Positions 1 to 13,370 of a stretch of DNA of 64,000 nucleotides are shown piece by piece (position 1 is the first letter of the stretch; every line of letters starts with the position of its first letter). The translations under genes and the position numbers were made by a program. The stretch comes from Octopus sinensis (taxonomy: Eukaryota): assembly GCF_006345805.1 (NCBI RefSeq), contig NC_043005.1:50840001-50904000 (forward strand), in the 5' to 3' direction. The notes under the pieces are model-generated. The model did not search any database. It saw only the letters and a program-made list of their open reading frames with translations, and had not been told where the DNA came from.

Positions 1-323
1 CAAGAGCGATTTTTGAACTCATAGCCTTAAGCTAAATGAACAAATAAATAAACTACGAAAGGAAAAAGATGTTAACGTCAGCTGTCAGACAATGCAATCA
101 ATATGAAGAAATAAACGGACAGCTTCATTTCCGGTCGCTCGGTCCTGTTTAAGATAAAATATATCAACAAACACGACTGATTTGTTAGTTATATTCAGTA
201 GGTGAACAAGCCAACACTTAGACAAAGAAGAAACAGTAGATTATATATTATCAACATACATCAGTCGAATATGAAGCAAAGATATGATTATGATTATGAT
301 ATTCTGGTGCATGCATATCGAGT

Positions 324-530
324 AGGAGGCATGGCCGAATAGCTAATAAGCTTACTTCGCAATCTTGAGCTCTCGGTTCGATCCCACTGCATAGAACCAC
401 GAACAGGTGCTATCATCATAGCATGCAGTCGACACAGGCCTTGTGGGTGAAACTGAGTCGAGGGAAACTGCATGGAAGCCCATCGGATGAACTATACTTT
501 AGATGCAAGCGTTGTCAAGCTGACGAAATA
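324..530 (+). mobile_element. SINE family A, degraded 5' half (tRNA-like head)
   Basis: Head ggcatggccgaatagc...ggttcgatcccactg (B-box-like) and body ...ggccttgtgggtgaa...gggaaactgcatggaagccc align by eye to the reverse complement of the copy at 3561-3990. Confidence 0.6.
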
Positions 531-995
531 TCTGTTAAATTCTCTGCCATTTACCCTAATGAGTTACGTAATTATGTTGGCTGAACAACGGGAATGTTCA
601 TCGTCGAAACCGATGGAGGATCTTCTAATAATCAATGATATAAAGATGTGATAATTACGAACAGAATGGAAAGCATGCATTCTGGTTCATGGAATAAGCC
701 GAAATAATATGAAACTAGAAAGACTCTGAAATACAGGTAGATATTGGAGATATAATAAGAAAATGATAAAATAAGAAAATTAACCAAAAAAATGATCTTT
801 TTACGCAGTTTCCTTTTTAGCTCTACTAAGTACATTACATGTTTTCTCAAAACTCAATTAGCAACTCACTACAGAATTATATATATATATATATATATGC
901 ATGTATGTATGCATATGTGTGTATATTTATGCCTGTATATATATGTATATATATGTATGTATGTATGCATATGTGTGTATATTTATGCCTATATA

Positions 996-1027
<32 letters not shown>

Positions 1028-1464
1028 GGCAAGAGGAAATTTTTTTAAAGAATGGGAAAAAAATCGGAAAAAATATATCTAAAGTCAATAAGACGTACAC
1101 TGAGTATATTAGATTGATACGCGGTGAAAGTTTTAGATGGAAAAATAGGGGTGGAAGTTACGTTTCAAACTCGGTTGTATTCTATAAAATCCTCGTATTA
1201 GAGAAAAAAAGTAACGTTAGAAAAGCGTATAAAATGTTGTGATACGAAGATATTATACATACGATACGGCGTATTATTAATATATGCCAGCGTAGTATAA
1301 AAGTACATTTGCTTGAATGCACAAAGGCAACTATAAGCGCACGCATATCTTTGAGAATGAGAGATAAAGAGACACGGGGGAGAGAGTGGGAGATAGAAGG
1401 TGAGGTAGATAAAGAACCATGATACGGGGATGGATAAACTGATGGGTATATCAGGAGGTAGGCA

Positions 1465-1554
1465 TTTAGGTAGGTAGGTAGGTAGGTAGGTAGGTAGGTA
1501 GGTAGGTAGGCAGGCAGGTAGTAAGGAGGGAGGTAAGTTGACTGATGATTAGGT

Positions 1555-1620
<66 letters not shown>

Positions 1621-1629
1621 GGATGGATG

Positions 1630-1671
<42 letters not shown>

Positions 1672-1720
1672 GATAGATAGGTAGGTAGGTAGGTAGGTAG
1701 GTAGATAGATAGGTAGGTAA

Positions 1721-1756
<36 letters not shown>

Positions 1757-1770
1757 CAGGCAGGCAGACA
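1465..1770. repeat. Compound tetranucleotide microsatellite (GGTA)n-(GATA)n-(GACA)n
   Basis: Direct reading. Confidence 0.95.
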
Positions 1771-2289
1771 GATATATAGTAGTTTTATAAGCCAGGAGAT
1801 ATTCCTGTAGATAGGTAGTGAGATATATAGATATTTAGTTAACTAAATAGATAGATTTATTGATTCATAGACATGTATGTTGATAGAGAAAAACAAATAG
1901 GCAAGCAGATAGAATAGATGAGTAGGAAAAGAAACACCAGACGGATAGAGAGACAGAGAGAGAGAGAGGCGGGGACTGATGCATGAACTGACAAAGAGAC
2001 AAAGAACGAGAGAGAGAGAGAGACTTATGTAGTAAGTCAAGTTAAGGTATCAGCATTTCATGCGTGCAATATCGATACGTGTCATCTAGTAAAAATCACC
2101 GTTGTACAACAGTGCAGTTCTATATAACCGCGTTGTGGAGTCATTTATGTGTTGTGTAGTGTGTAGTGTGGCAGTGAATGTGAATAGTGTTGTGTGCTGT
2201 GTGTTCTGCAGCAACATATAGCAATGTAATAATGTTTGTAAAAAGAACATTCTACAGATATCCTTTTTAGATTCGACAATCTATAAACA

Positions 2290-2293
2290 TATA

Positions 2294-2335
<42 letters not shown>

Positions 2336-2384
2336 ATATATATAATATATATATATATATAATATATATATGTATATATATATG

Positions 2385-2416
<32 letters not shown>

Positions 2417-2502
2417 ATTATATATATATGTATATATATATATATATATAATTATATATATATATATAATATAATATATATATATATATATAATATATAT
2501 AA

Positions 2503-2552
<50 letters not shown>
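2290..2552. repeat. Interrupted (TA)n tract, about 260 bp and almost pure A/T
   Basis: Direct reading. Confidence 0.95.
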
Positions 2553-2815
2553 GTGTGTATGTGTGTATGTATGTATGTATGTGATTAGACAAACTTTGTT
2601 GAATGGAGAAATTAGCTTAACCTCAATGTTGGGAAAAGTTTAACATTCCACATTGATGAGTCATGCTGAGAACACTCAATTTCAGCTTCCATCGATAATA
2701 ATACACCCACCTTACCTTCTATATTTCTCTCCCACCTTACCCCTCGACACACACACACACACCAGCTACCCTGTACTCTCTCTCTCTCTTTCTCTCTCTC
2801 TACATCTATCGCTCT

Positions 2816-2848
<33 letters not shown>

Positions 2849-3560
2849 CATATGTTCTTTGTTGGCTCTATCTTTTTGTTTTATATACCATCACTTCTCG
2901 TCTGTTATATACCTTCACTTCTTACCTCCTCCTTTTTCTCTCCCACTTCCCTTCACTGCCAATCATTCTTCCTTTGCTTTTGGTTTTCTTCCATTTGTTT
3001 TCTTTCTTTCTTTCTTTCTTTAATCCCCAACGCAACACAGCTATCGCCACAGACACTACGATCATCAATCAACATGGCTACACTTGGAGTCTCCACTTGT
3101 GCATAGCTGACCTGGTTTCGATTCTCAACTGAATAGGTTTAATTTTTTTAATTTTTTTTTTTTATTAAAGATTTTTTTTTTTCAAATTCATTTTCAGTTC
3201 AACATACATTTTATTAATTTCATCCATTTTATTAATTGGCTTCAATAAGACGAAGAGATAGGGGAGGGGGTGTCGTGAAAACTGCGGAAGAGGTGGGATG
3301 AGAGTTGCTACTTTTCTGGGTTTTGTTTGTTTTTTTGGTTTTTTTTTTATTTTTGTTGGTGTGTTTAGTTTTAGGTCAGCTGAGATTTAGGGAAATTGGT
3401 GTTTACATGAAAATAACGGGTGTCATGTTCAGTTTGAAGCGTTAAAATGATTAAGCATAACATGCAATGCATACACACACATGGACATACGCGTCCGCGC
3501 AAGCACAGACACGCGCGTATGTTGTGTGTGTGTGTATATATATATACTCTTTGCTCTCTC

Positions 3561-3776
3561 TTTTACTCTTTTACTTGTTTCAGTCATTTGACTGCGGCCA
3601 TGCTGGAGCACCGCCTTTAATCGAGCAACTCGACCCCGGGACTTATTCTTTTGTAAGCCCAGTACTTATTCTATCGGTCTCTTGTGCCGAACCGCTAAGT
3701 AACGGGGACATAAACGCACCAGCACCGGTTGTGAAGCAATGCTAGGGGGACAAACACAGACACACAAACACACACA

Positions 3777-3824
<48 letters not shown>

Positions 3825-3990
3825 AACATATATACGACGGGCTTCTTTCAGTTTCCGTCTACCAAATCCACTCATAAAGCTTTGGTCGGCCCGAGGCTAT
3901 AGTAGAAGACACTTGCCGAAGGTGCCACACAGTGGGACTGAACCCGGAACCATGTGGTTGGTAAACAAGCTACTTACCACACAGCCACTC
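3561..3990 (-). mobile_element. SINE family A, near full length, with central (TA)/(TG) microsatellite
   Basis: Minus strand reads gagtggctgtgtggtaagtagc (A-box-like)...ccgggttcagtccc (B-box-like)...gacggaaactgaaagaagcccgtcg-(TA)n-tgtttgtcccc...cttagcggttcggc...ctccagcatggccgcagtcaaatgactgaaacaagtaaaagag; more than 10 related copies in the window. May be one of the published octopus OK/OR SINEs (not verified). Confidence 0.9.
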
Positions 3991-4239
3991 ATATATTTAT
4001 ATGTTTGCGTGTGTGTGTATGTGTGTGTGTGTGTGGAATATGTGTGTGTGTGTGTGCAGTGTATATATGCATGTATATAAATATTTACATACGGAAACGT
4101 GCGCGCGCATAGTCAGAGCATGCGCGTTTATACACGCACGAAAAGTAGTACTCAATACATCTATTATTTATACAGATCATCATATTAATTACAAGAACTA
4201 GTCTCCTTTAAGTTGCTGATATAAAACCCTGAATAATCA

Positions 4240-4842
4240 AATACTCTGAGTTATGGTACGTTAATACTTAGAGTGTGCATTACCAGTCTAGAACTCGATT
4301 CTTGCTAGGCATATCAATCTCCTGAAAACTGTTCAGAAACGTGCAACCAGACGAATACCTGTCATCAAGCATCTGCCATACTCTGAACATTTTACTTTCC
4401 TGGGCATGGACGCATTAAAGTTCCAATGTCTGACAACTGACCTGGTAGACACCCACAATATTATCCACCATCTTTCCAACAACAAAATTGGACACCATTT
4501 TGAATTTCATATATCTAACATTCGTGGACATGCTTACAAAATCAAAACAACACAACACCCATGACTTTTGGAAACATTTTTACACGATCAGTATAGCTGA
4601 AGCATGGAATCAACTACTGCATCAGTTAGCGGTCATGACACTACGGCCTTCAAAACTACCTCGCTTCCTGAAGTTCGCCAACAGTACACCTGATGCCCTC
4701 ACACCCCATTTCTTCTGAGTTTTTTTTAAGACATTTTCATTGTTCACTTCCTGTACTTATTCTATGTGCTATTCATGCAGCCTTGGTTACTTTTTCTGAT
4801 GAGTCGTAGTGCACCTGAGCACTGCATATAATAAATTCATTA
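4240..4842 (+). mobile_element. CR1-clade LINE, degraded 3' end (ORF2 C-terminus plus 3' UTR)
   Basis: Translates with frameshifts to HINLLKTVQKRATRRIPVIKHLPYSEH...IRGHAYKI...DFWKHFYTISIAEAWNQL, matching the CR1 ORF2 C-terminal pattern (LERVQRRATK..L.YEERL...RGH..K...FF..RV...WN.L); ends in an aataaattcattat tail. Confidence 0.85.
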
Positions 4843-4892
4843 TATGAATAGTTACTCTACCAAAGTTAACTAACAAAATAACATTACTCATA

Positions 4893-5042
4893 AATAGCCG
4901 TGTGGTAAAAAGCTCGCTTGCAAACATAGTTTCGGATTCAGTCTGACACCTTGAGCAAGAGTTTGCTACTACAGCCCAAGACCAACCTACGCTTTGGGAA
5001 TGAACATTGTAAACGTAAACTGTGTAGAAGCACGTCGTATAC
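4893..5042 (+). mobile_element. SINE family A, degraded 5' half
   Basis: gccgtgtggtaaaaagctcgcttgc...gacaccttgagcaag...cgtaaactgtgtagaagcacgtcg. Confidence 0.65.
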
Positions 5043-5721
5043 GTCGCATATGTCTATACTAATTCCCATTGTTCTCTAATTTTCCCAGTCTAACCCACCC
5101 ACATCTTAGGGCTTGTGCTATACCTGGGTTTAACGGAAACAGTTAATCTTCAACTTGGACACAGACGTGTGTGTCTATGTTTCAATTATCGACTAGTGTT
5201 CGTCTACCACTCCTGCACAAAATGATAAACATTCATATGTATATTTCATGCTCTACTCTATTGCATACATTCATCTATATCCACACTCTATGATGACCCA
5301 TTCAGCTACCCTTACTATAATTATATTTTATATGTACTACCACATTGTTACGGCTTATTCACATCCACATCATTTAAAACACATGCACGCACACGCACAC
5401 ATTCACATAAGGTTTCTTTCATACAAATAGACGCAAACTTTACTACAGTTTCCTCACGGTTATCTCCCTTAGCATCTACCCTGTCTTCGTGGAAGTAATC
5501 AATTCTACTCATTTTCTTTCAATGTCCGACATACTTCAGTTTTGATAATAACAACATGCATTTTAAGCTCCTTATTTCTCCTTTGTGGGCTTTCCACGTT
5601 CCCTCTTACATGACAAATGACAAATATCCGAAACGTCAATAATTCTTCTTTTCCGTCGCCACAGGTAGATATTTTGCTATTCATGTTTTGTTGTTTCGCA
5701 CTTTCTATCTCGGGGTTTGCT

Positions 5722-5810
<89 letters not shown>

Positions 5811-6261
5811 ACTCACACACACACATACACACACAAACACATATTTATGCCTGTGTACGGGTATGTTTCTGTATGTAAGCTTGTATATATTTAAATTAGG
5901 AAGTTTACACACACACACACACACACACACTCACATGCATATACACATACACACATACGTGTATTTGTTTGTGAGTGAGTGTGTGTGCGTTTGTGTGCAC
6001 GCGGGAGCGAGTGCGAGCGTGTGTATGTGTATGTGTATCTGCACGCGTTTGAGTGTGCGTGCAGGCATCCCCAGCATTTGGGAGAGCAAAAGGTTGACAT
6101 ACCTATAAATATAGAATGGAAATGAGCATATGAAAGGTTGAAAGAGTGATGTGGGTGGAAGTACTGTATGAATTCAGTTGGTTGAGGAGTTACCAAGTTC
6201 ATGAAGCACTTCACCTCGTACAACTATGTCGTTGAAAAAATCCATACACTTCTCTCTCTCT

Positions 6262-6306
<45 letters not shown>

Positions 6307-6759
6307 CGTTATGTTGACATACAACTTTATTATCTACAAACATTGCTATCATACATACTGTTATATTACTGCCTGCTAGTTCGTGTATAGGTTGCAGTGG
6401 TGGTGACTTTGTAGTGCTGATGATAATATTTGCGTTGGTGTTGGTTTGGGAGGTGATGGCGCGGATGGAGGCTGCGGTGCATTGCTGGTGGCAGCAGTAT
6501 TCATATCGTGCGTGTTGATTGTGTTGTTGCTACTGTTTAGTTCCAAGTTCAATCACCATTGATCTAAGATCAAAGAGATTTCATTCAACTTTTAAAATAC
6601 ACTAGGGCACACAACATTAACTCGTATCATTGTCTTTTTACTTTATAAACGGAGTTGCTTATCTTGTTGTAGTTGCTGTAGGTAATTATGGAGTCAGAGC
6701 ATCGGCAATGACAGTGGTTGTAATGGAGTTTATATTGATGATAGGTCGTGGTGTCAATG

Positions 6760-6892
6760 GTGGTGTCGGTGGTGGTGTCGGTGGTGGTGGTGGTGGTGGT
6801 GGTGGTGGTGGTGGCGACGGTAGCGGTGGCGGCGGGAGCGGCGGCGAGCGGCGGCGAGCGGCGGCGAGCGGCGGCGAGCGGCGGCGGCGGTG
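6760..6892. repeat. (GGT)n run followed by a CpG-rich 10-bp unit (GCGGCGGCGA) x4
   Basis: Direct reading. Confidence 0.9.
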
Positions 6893-7618
6893 ATAGCGAA
6901 GATTTGATTTAATGTATTTGAGTCGTATCAGATGCACCCTCGCATAAAGACGCATTCTTATTTTACAAGTATATTTTATAGAAAAAAAAAAAAACAGAAA
7001 AAAGATTTAAGCGTTTCTTCATGTTTTTATTTAAAAGTATTTCAAAGTCGTTTTGTGAGAGAAAATGTAGGATTTTGTGCATGTAAATATATTGCTGTGA
7101 CAGTATACAGGAATTTTTATGAAACCATAAATTTATCATAAATAAACTGCTTTATGGAAGTATCATGTCCCAACTTTATCTTATTTCAGATCAGCTGTGC
7201 AGTTTGATTATGTTTTGGTCAAGAGAATTGCCATACAGGATATAAAACTTGTAATTCTGGCTATAATGTTTTATCTAACAGCCATCGGCCATTAGTATGG
7301 CATACCACCGCTTTGAACTTACTGTCATCGACTTATTGCAAATAGCAGACAGATGGATGAAATTTTAATATTTTTCAACTTTCTAGTAGTATTATTTTCG
7401 GTACTAAAAATGTTTCTTAAAACTAACAGAGTCATTGAATAATATAAAGTATATACCATAATCATGTGACTAAAGAGATACAAGGTATATATAGTGTGGG
7501 TTGTGTATGCTAGGTAGGAATGTATAAATAGATGGTGGGGCCTACAAACTTAACTGTTGTGATACAGAACGCGATATATTGACGTTCTTTTTCTTTTTCC
7601 AGCATTTTACAATTAGTA

Positions 7619-7830
7619 AGACGGCGAGCTGGCAGAATCGTTAGCACGCCGGGCGAAATGCTTAGAACTATTTCGTCTGTCTTTACATTTTGAATTCAAA
7701 TTCCGCCGGGGTCGACTTTGCCTTTCATACTTTAGGAGTCGATAAAATAAATATCAATCAAATGCTGGGAGGTCGATGTAACTAACAAGCCCCTCACACC
7801 TACTGAAATTGCTGTCCCCGTGCCAAAATT
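7619..7830 (+). mobile_element. SINE family B
   Basis: gacggcgagctggcagaatcgttagcacgccgggcgaaatgcttag...ttcaaattccgccggggtcgactttgcctttcat; many copies in the window. Confidence 0.85.
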
Positions 7831-8297
7831 TGAAATTATTATTATCAGGCCGGTAAGAGCATCAGAAGAAATGTTCTGTGTGTTTATATCCGTCTTCTAC
7901 GTTTTGAGAAACATATCCGGGTTTATACGTTGTCTTTTATACTTCCGGCATTGAATTGTAATAATATTAATAACAATAACAATAACAATAATAATAATAA
8001 TAATAACAATAATAATACCAGTCAAGGTTTGTGATCGATTTAATCGCCAATACTGCACCTCAAATCCTATTTTCTCACCCTTTCTGCCCCACCCCAAATT
8101 CATTGATTATTATTTGTGTCACTTTAGTTCTAAGATGTGTATCCTGTTGTGATCGATTCCATTCACATTTCATCTTATCCGGGTCAATAAAACAAAGTAC
8201 CAATGAAGTACATCGAGTGACAGGGAGAGTGATGAGACTTAATTGATTACACACAAACCACCCTCAAATTTGTAGCTTTGCAGACATAAGTTGAAGG

Positions 8298-8335
<38 letters not shown>

Positions 8336-8340
8336 TTACT

Positions 8341-8510
8341 AAGGCGACAAGCTGGCAGAATAGTTAGCACGCCGGGCAAAATGCTTAGCGGCATTTCGCC
8401 CGTCTTTACATTTGTCGATGAATTAGGTACCAGTGAAATACTGGGGTCAATGTAATCGACTCGTCCGCTCTCCAAATTTCAGGCCTTGTACCTGTAGTGG
8501 AAAGGATTAT
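8341..8510 (+). mobile_element. SINE family B, internally deleted
   Basis: aaggcgacaagctggcagaatagttagcacgccgggcaaaatgcttagcggc...ggggtcaatgtaatcgac. Confidence 0.8.
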
Positions 8511-9199
8511 TATTAACTTTACTAAAGTTATGTTGTTGTTGATGATGATGATGATGATGATAATTGCCACGTCGATGATGATGGCGATAATGATGACGAT
8601 GACAACGACGTAATGAAAAAGATGATGATGATTATGATCAGTATCATCATCATCATCATCATCATCATCAGGTTTTTTTCTCATCAGGATGGTCGGTAAT
8701 GTTATTATCGATGTTCTTAATTCTGATTTTTGCTTTGATGTTCATCATTGATTTTTTTTTTTTTTTTTTACTTTTTCTGAAATATTTTTTCTTTCTTGAT
8801 TTTGTATGAAAAAGAAAAAAAAACCCTCCCAAAAGATAATAAAACAGTAAAAAAACTAACACTATCAGAAGATATCAGAGGATTGGTTACTTAGAAAGAA
8901 AGAAAGATATTCACGTTAGAAAAGAGATGTTAAGATACACCAATGCGTATATCACCTCCTAAAACACATCAGTTTATTTTATTTTATCTATTTATTTATT
9001 TATTCATTTTTATGCTGTAATAATCATTTCAGGTAAATTCCTGGTAATATAACTATAAAACAAGTGCAGAACTTGAAGTTTTCGAAAACTATCTATATTA
9101 TCTTTTACACACAATCATACACACTCATATACCAGACGCCTATATAAAGATATATAAAATTGTGCGCTTGTATGTACACACGTATGTAAGCGCGTATGC

Positions 9200-9230
<31 letters not shown>

Positions 9231-9399
9231 GCGCGCGGTGTACATATATGTGTATATGTGCTCTTATCGATATACATAACTATATATGTGAATAATTATA
9301 TAATTTTATGTATGATGGGAAACATAATATGCACGGAATTGAAATATAAACGGAGACAAGATACTAAAGTTATATAAGCTGGAGAAAGATATTTATATG

Positions 9400-9400
9400 C

Positions 9401-9443
<43 letters not shown>

Positions 9444-9633
9444 AATATATATATACACACACACACACATATGTATATATGTATGCATCAATATATGTAT
9501 CTAGCTATCTATATGTTGTGTATATCTATCTATATGTATGTGTGTATATATATACATATATACATATATACATATATATATATATACATATATACATATA
9601 TACATATACATATATACATATATACATATACAT

Positions 9634-9678
<45 letters not shown>

Positions 9679-9710
9679 ATATTATATATATATATATATA
9701 TACATACACA
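9400..9710. repeat. (TA)n/(TACATA)n compound microsatellite
   Basis: Direct reading; explains the stacked pseudo-ORFs at 9471-9997. Confidence 0.95.
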
Positions 9711-9899
9711 GGCAACATACATATAGATAAATTAGCACGGAGCCTAAGGTTACAGAAAAGTATCAGCCTGCTAGAAATAAGAGTTAAAGTCGTACTTAAA
9801 CCACCATAAAGCACCAAGATAACAGTAGGCGAGGAAACGGAGAGAATTAATACATTCAAAACACAACTATGAAAGATTATGCAGTTTAGGACATCCACA

Positions 9900-10141
9900 T
9901 ACTCGGGTTTCGGCTTTTGAAAAGGTATTGCAACAGCCTCGGTTTCAGGGGACCTCAGCTCTTTAATATCCTGCCAAAACAACTGAGAAACCTGCAAGAC
10001 ATGGATGCAGAGGTCTTTAAAATAAAACTCGACACTTTCCTGGCCACGATACCAGACGAACCGATGGCCCGAAATGAGACACTGTTGAGGGCAGCGATGT
10101 CAAATTCTCTTATACACCAGATGTACCATCGAAATTCTTGA
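9900..10141 (+). mobile_element. CR1-type LINE ORF2 C-terminal fragment
   Basis: ORF 9917-10141 reads NSLGFRGPQLFNILPKQLRNL...VFKIKLDTFLATIPDEP...RAAMSNSLIHQ, the invertebrate CR1 terminal pattern (GP.LFN.LP..R...FK..LD.FL..PD.P...RAA.SNS). Confidence 0.8.
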
Positions 10142-10369
10142 TTAGAGTACATCAGCTGGCAGAGAAGAGCCATGCAAGAAACATGCAGAGAGCACAGCAT
10201 AATAAGGGTAAGTCACAATGGTATATCTAGTAATGTTTAATGGTGTTTGTGGCAGAGACGCATATGAATTTGTAATGATTAATCTATAGTTATGCACGCC
10301 ACTGCGTGAATTAGAACTGAAATATGAATATTCGAAGGATTTTAAACTGCAAGAGGAATTCGATAACAA

Positions 10370-10753
10370 CGTGGTCCAATTTGGAATATACTTTCGGCAT
10401 GCAGGAAATCACACAGCGGAGAATCCTGTCGAGCGAGTTGGACAGTTAATGGACCGCTTGTGAAAGTTGCCACATCGGTTTTTGTTTTTTTCTATCTCTT
10501 CCTCAACATGAAAATGCAGCTCAAAGGTCACTGTTTTAATACCGTTGTCGAGATCAAAAGCGAATCGCAGACAGTCCTCGATTCGCTTACGGAAACCGAC
10601 TTCCAGGTCGAATTCCAAAATTGGCAGGAACACTGAGAGCGGTGTATTGCTGCGCAAGGTGAGTATTTCGAAGGAGATGGTGTTTAAACTTAGTTAAATA
10701 AATTATATTTTATTAAACATAACTGTCTGGGAACTTTTTGATACCACTTCGTA
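10370..10753 (+). mobile_element. Mariner (Tc1/mariner) 3' remnant: transposase C-terminus plus right TIR and TA
   Basis: 10490-10687 translates FYLFLNMKMQLKGHCFNTVVEIKSESQ...FQNWQEH*ERCIAAQGEYFEGD (mariner C-terminal signature, one stop); ends ...gggaactttttgataccacttcg|TA at 10751-10753. Confidence 0.9.
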
Positions 10754-10789
10754 TATTATAGTCGATACTTACTTAACTCCCTTTCTCTC

Positions 10790-11060
10790 CTTCGACGACT
10801 TTTCTCCACCCTCTCGAATCTGAGCAGTTTTTTTTCTGCTTCTGTCCAGCTAGATCCCTGCCTTTTCATCTCTGCCTGAGTCTCCCCAATCTCTTTCGGG
10901 TTCTCTATCATATGTTTAGCACAGGGAAGGCCTTCCTCTCCTAGGTCTTTTTGGTTTTGAATTGTAATTGATATTTCTGTAATTCTGCTTTTTTCTAGGA
11001 GGGGGTCGTGGTGTTGCTTTCTTGGCCCTATGCAACTCAAAGTTTACCGCTGGAAAAAAG
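10790..11060 (-). mobile_element. Probable RTE-clade LINE 3' fragment
   Basis: Two overlapping minus frames give KPKRPRRGRP and ETQAEMKRQGSSWTEAEKK, resembling the RTE C-terminal pattern GKR.RGRP..W...E.EMK..G.W.EAE. Confidence 0.45.
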
Positions 11061-11619
11061 TGTTCCATTTTTAGCCAAGGCTCTGTTCGTTCACCTGTCA
11101 AGCATGGGAGGCCCTAACAGGAGCTTGCATTCCAGTGACATAGCTCTCAGTATCATTGAGATCAACGACGACTGCAATTTGTCTCAGAGAGTAGTGGGTA
11201 GCTTGATAAGAATACTTCTACTTTTGATGTCCCATCATTAATATGATAATATTTTTATGCATAAAACATCATGAATCAAAAAAACTGAAATAAATGTGAA
11301 TATTTGAAATTTATCAACAGTAAGATGATTATTAACTGAATGTAAACATCCGAGTTATACATTCAATATTCGGAAGGATATTCCTGATTGACGCGTTTCA
11401 TAGTTGGTTTACCGTCCGTCAGGGAGAAGTACCAGAAGTTGCCCCACTGCAAGAACAGCTAAAATGTTTTCGAATATTTACATTTATATCATATCATTTT
11501 TTCTGATTCACTACATTGTACACACACACACACATACACTCTACACATACTCACGCCCCCACCCCACACACAGTGGGTCTCTTTCAATATCCGTCCACCA
11601 AATTCACTCAAGGTTTTAG

Positions 11620-12011
11620 GCGACCCGAAGCCACTGATGTTATCCAAGGGAAAGGCAAAGGCCGATACAGCTTGGCACCAGTGACGTCGCAGCTCATTTA
11701 TTAACATGCAAGTGGCAGAGCACTCCACAGACATGTGTACCCTTAACGTAGTTCTCGGGGAAATTCAGCGTGACACAGAGTGTTTCAAGGCTGGTCCTTT
11801 GAAATACAGGTACAACGGAAACAGGAAGAAAGAGTGAGAGAAAGTTGTGGCGAAAGAGTACAGCAGGGTTCCCCACCACCCTCTGCCGGAGCCTCGTGTA
11901 GCTTTAGGTGTTTTCGCTCAATAAACACTCACAATGCCCGGTCTGGGAATCGAAACCGCGATCCTACGGCCGCGAGCCTGCTGCCCTAACCACTGGGCCA
12001 TTGCGCCTCCT
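11620..12011 (-). mobile_element. SINE family D (tRNA-like head) joined to an alternative tail
   Basis: Minus strand reads ggaggcgcaatggcccagtggttagggcagc...ggtttcgattccc...gtgtttattgagcgaaaacacctaaagc...gagaactacgttaagggtacac, then gccaagctgtatcggcctttgcctttcccttggataac. Confidence 0.85.
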
Positions 12012-12414
12012 CACCCATATAAATATATGTATGTGTGTGTGTGTGGTGTGTGTGTGTGTGTATGAATGCTAGAATTAGTTATTTCGGAATGGGTATAAAA
12101 TGTAAGAGAAACTAAAGATGATATACTAGCACTTTGATTCTGATCACACGAGGATGCGCATGTGTAAAGTTACTGCTGCATCATATTCACACAATATTGT
12201 GTATAATATATGTAACATTCAATATTTAACAGCTGATGAAAATGCGTTGAAAGAATTGTAACGATTTTTAATAAAGCCTGTTCAATCCATATTCTCAAAT
12301 TAATTTCTCTTTTTTCTCCTTATACTGTGCAGATATCGACTAACAGGAAAAGTCCGATATCCGGAGAGGAGCTTTGGAAAGAACACTACCAGTTTATTAT
12401 TCGATATTGTATTT

Positions 12415-12458
<44 letters not shown>

Positions 12459-13186
12459 TATATATACACAATGCCAATATACACAGTAGTAAGAAAACCG
12501 AGGAAGAGAATTTCGATTGACCCCACGTTGTGAGTTGTAATGCAAATATGTATAAATAAATAATAAAATAAGGAACACGTCGCAATTTACGTAGTTTTAA
12601 TATATTTTAAATGAAAGAGTATTGTGATTGCCGACCGGTTTTACTTTCGCTAATCATAACATTGAAATTATTGTGATTTCGTATTTTCTTAAGAAGTATT
12701 GTTTAGTCCATGTTCTTGTATGAAAGTTTGCAGATGAATATACACACACACACATGGACATATACATACACACATATACACATTCATATGTATGAATATA
12801 CGTATGCATATATGTAGGCGTATGTGTATGTGAATGTGTGCTTGTGTGTATTTGTGTGTTGGACTAGGACTACCACGTATAGCAAGCTATCTAAACATTT
12901 ACCTCCGTTCTTCAGCTAAACGAAGTGTTTCTGCTTCAGAATTAGAATGTTGGCCTTTCAGTGCATCACTACCTTTCTGAACTATGTGTATTTTTTTTCA
13001 AATTCTTTACGACTGACTCGAACGCAAATATGCTATTCTCCGTTGTGTTTGTCACAAGAAAACAGCTTCTTAACGACGATGTGTTGAATACACTTTCAAT
13101 TCATTAGTACAAGGGATACTGGGACATCAAGTATTTCGACATATGTCATGTCTCATCAGCCTGTGTCATAAACACATACTCTCCTT

Positions 13187-13233
<47 letters not shown>

Positions 13234-13330
13234 TATATATATGTATGTATGAGTGTGTATATATATATACACACACAAAGAGAGAGAGGTACATAGATAA
13301 ACCGAAGCATACCAACATGCACACACCTAC

Positions 13331-13370
<40 letters not shown>

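Noticed and set aside
4795-4835. CTGATGA as a hammerhead core
   Set aside because: No stem II or GAAA follows; it lies in the CR1 3' UTR
5665-5725. Strong plus-strand acceptor followed by RYFAIH (GPCR DRY-like)
   Set aside because: Splice phase cannot yield Asp or Glu before RY, and the frame runs straight into a (CA)n tract with no donor
12225-12260. CTGATGA...GAAA as a hammerhead
   Set aside because: Stem II, stem III and stem I cannot be paired convincingly
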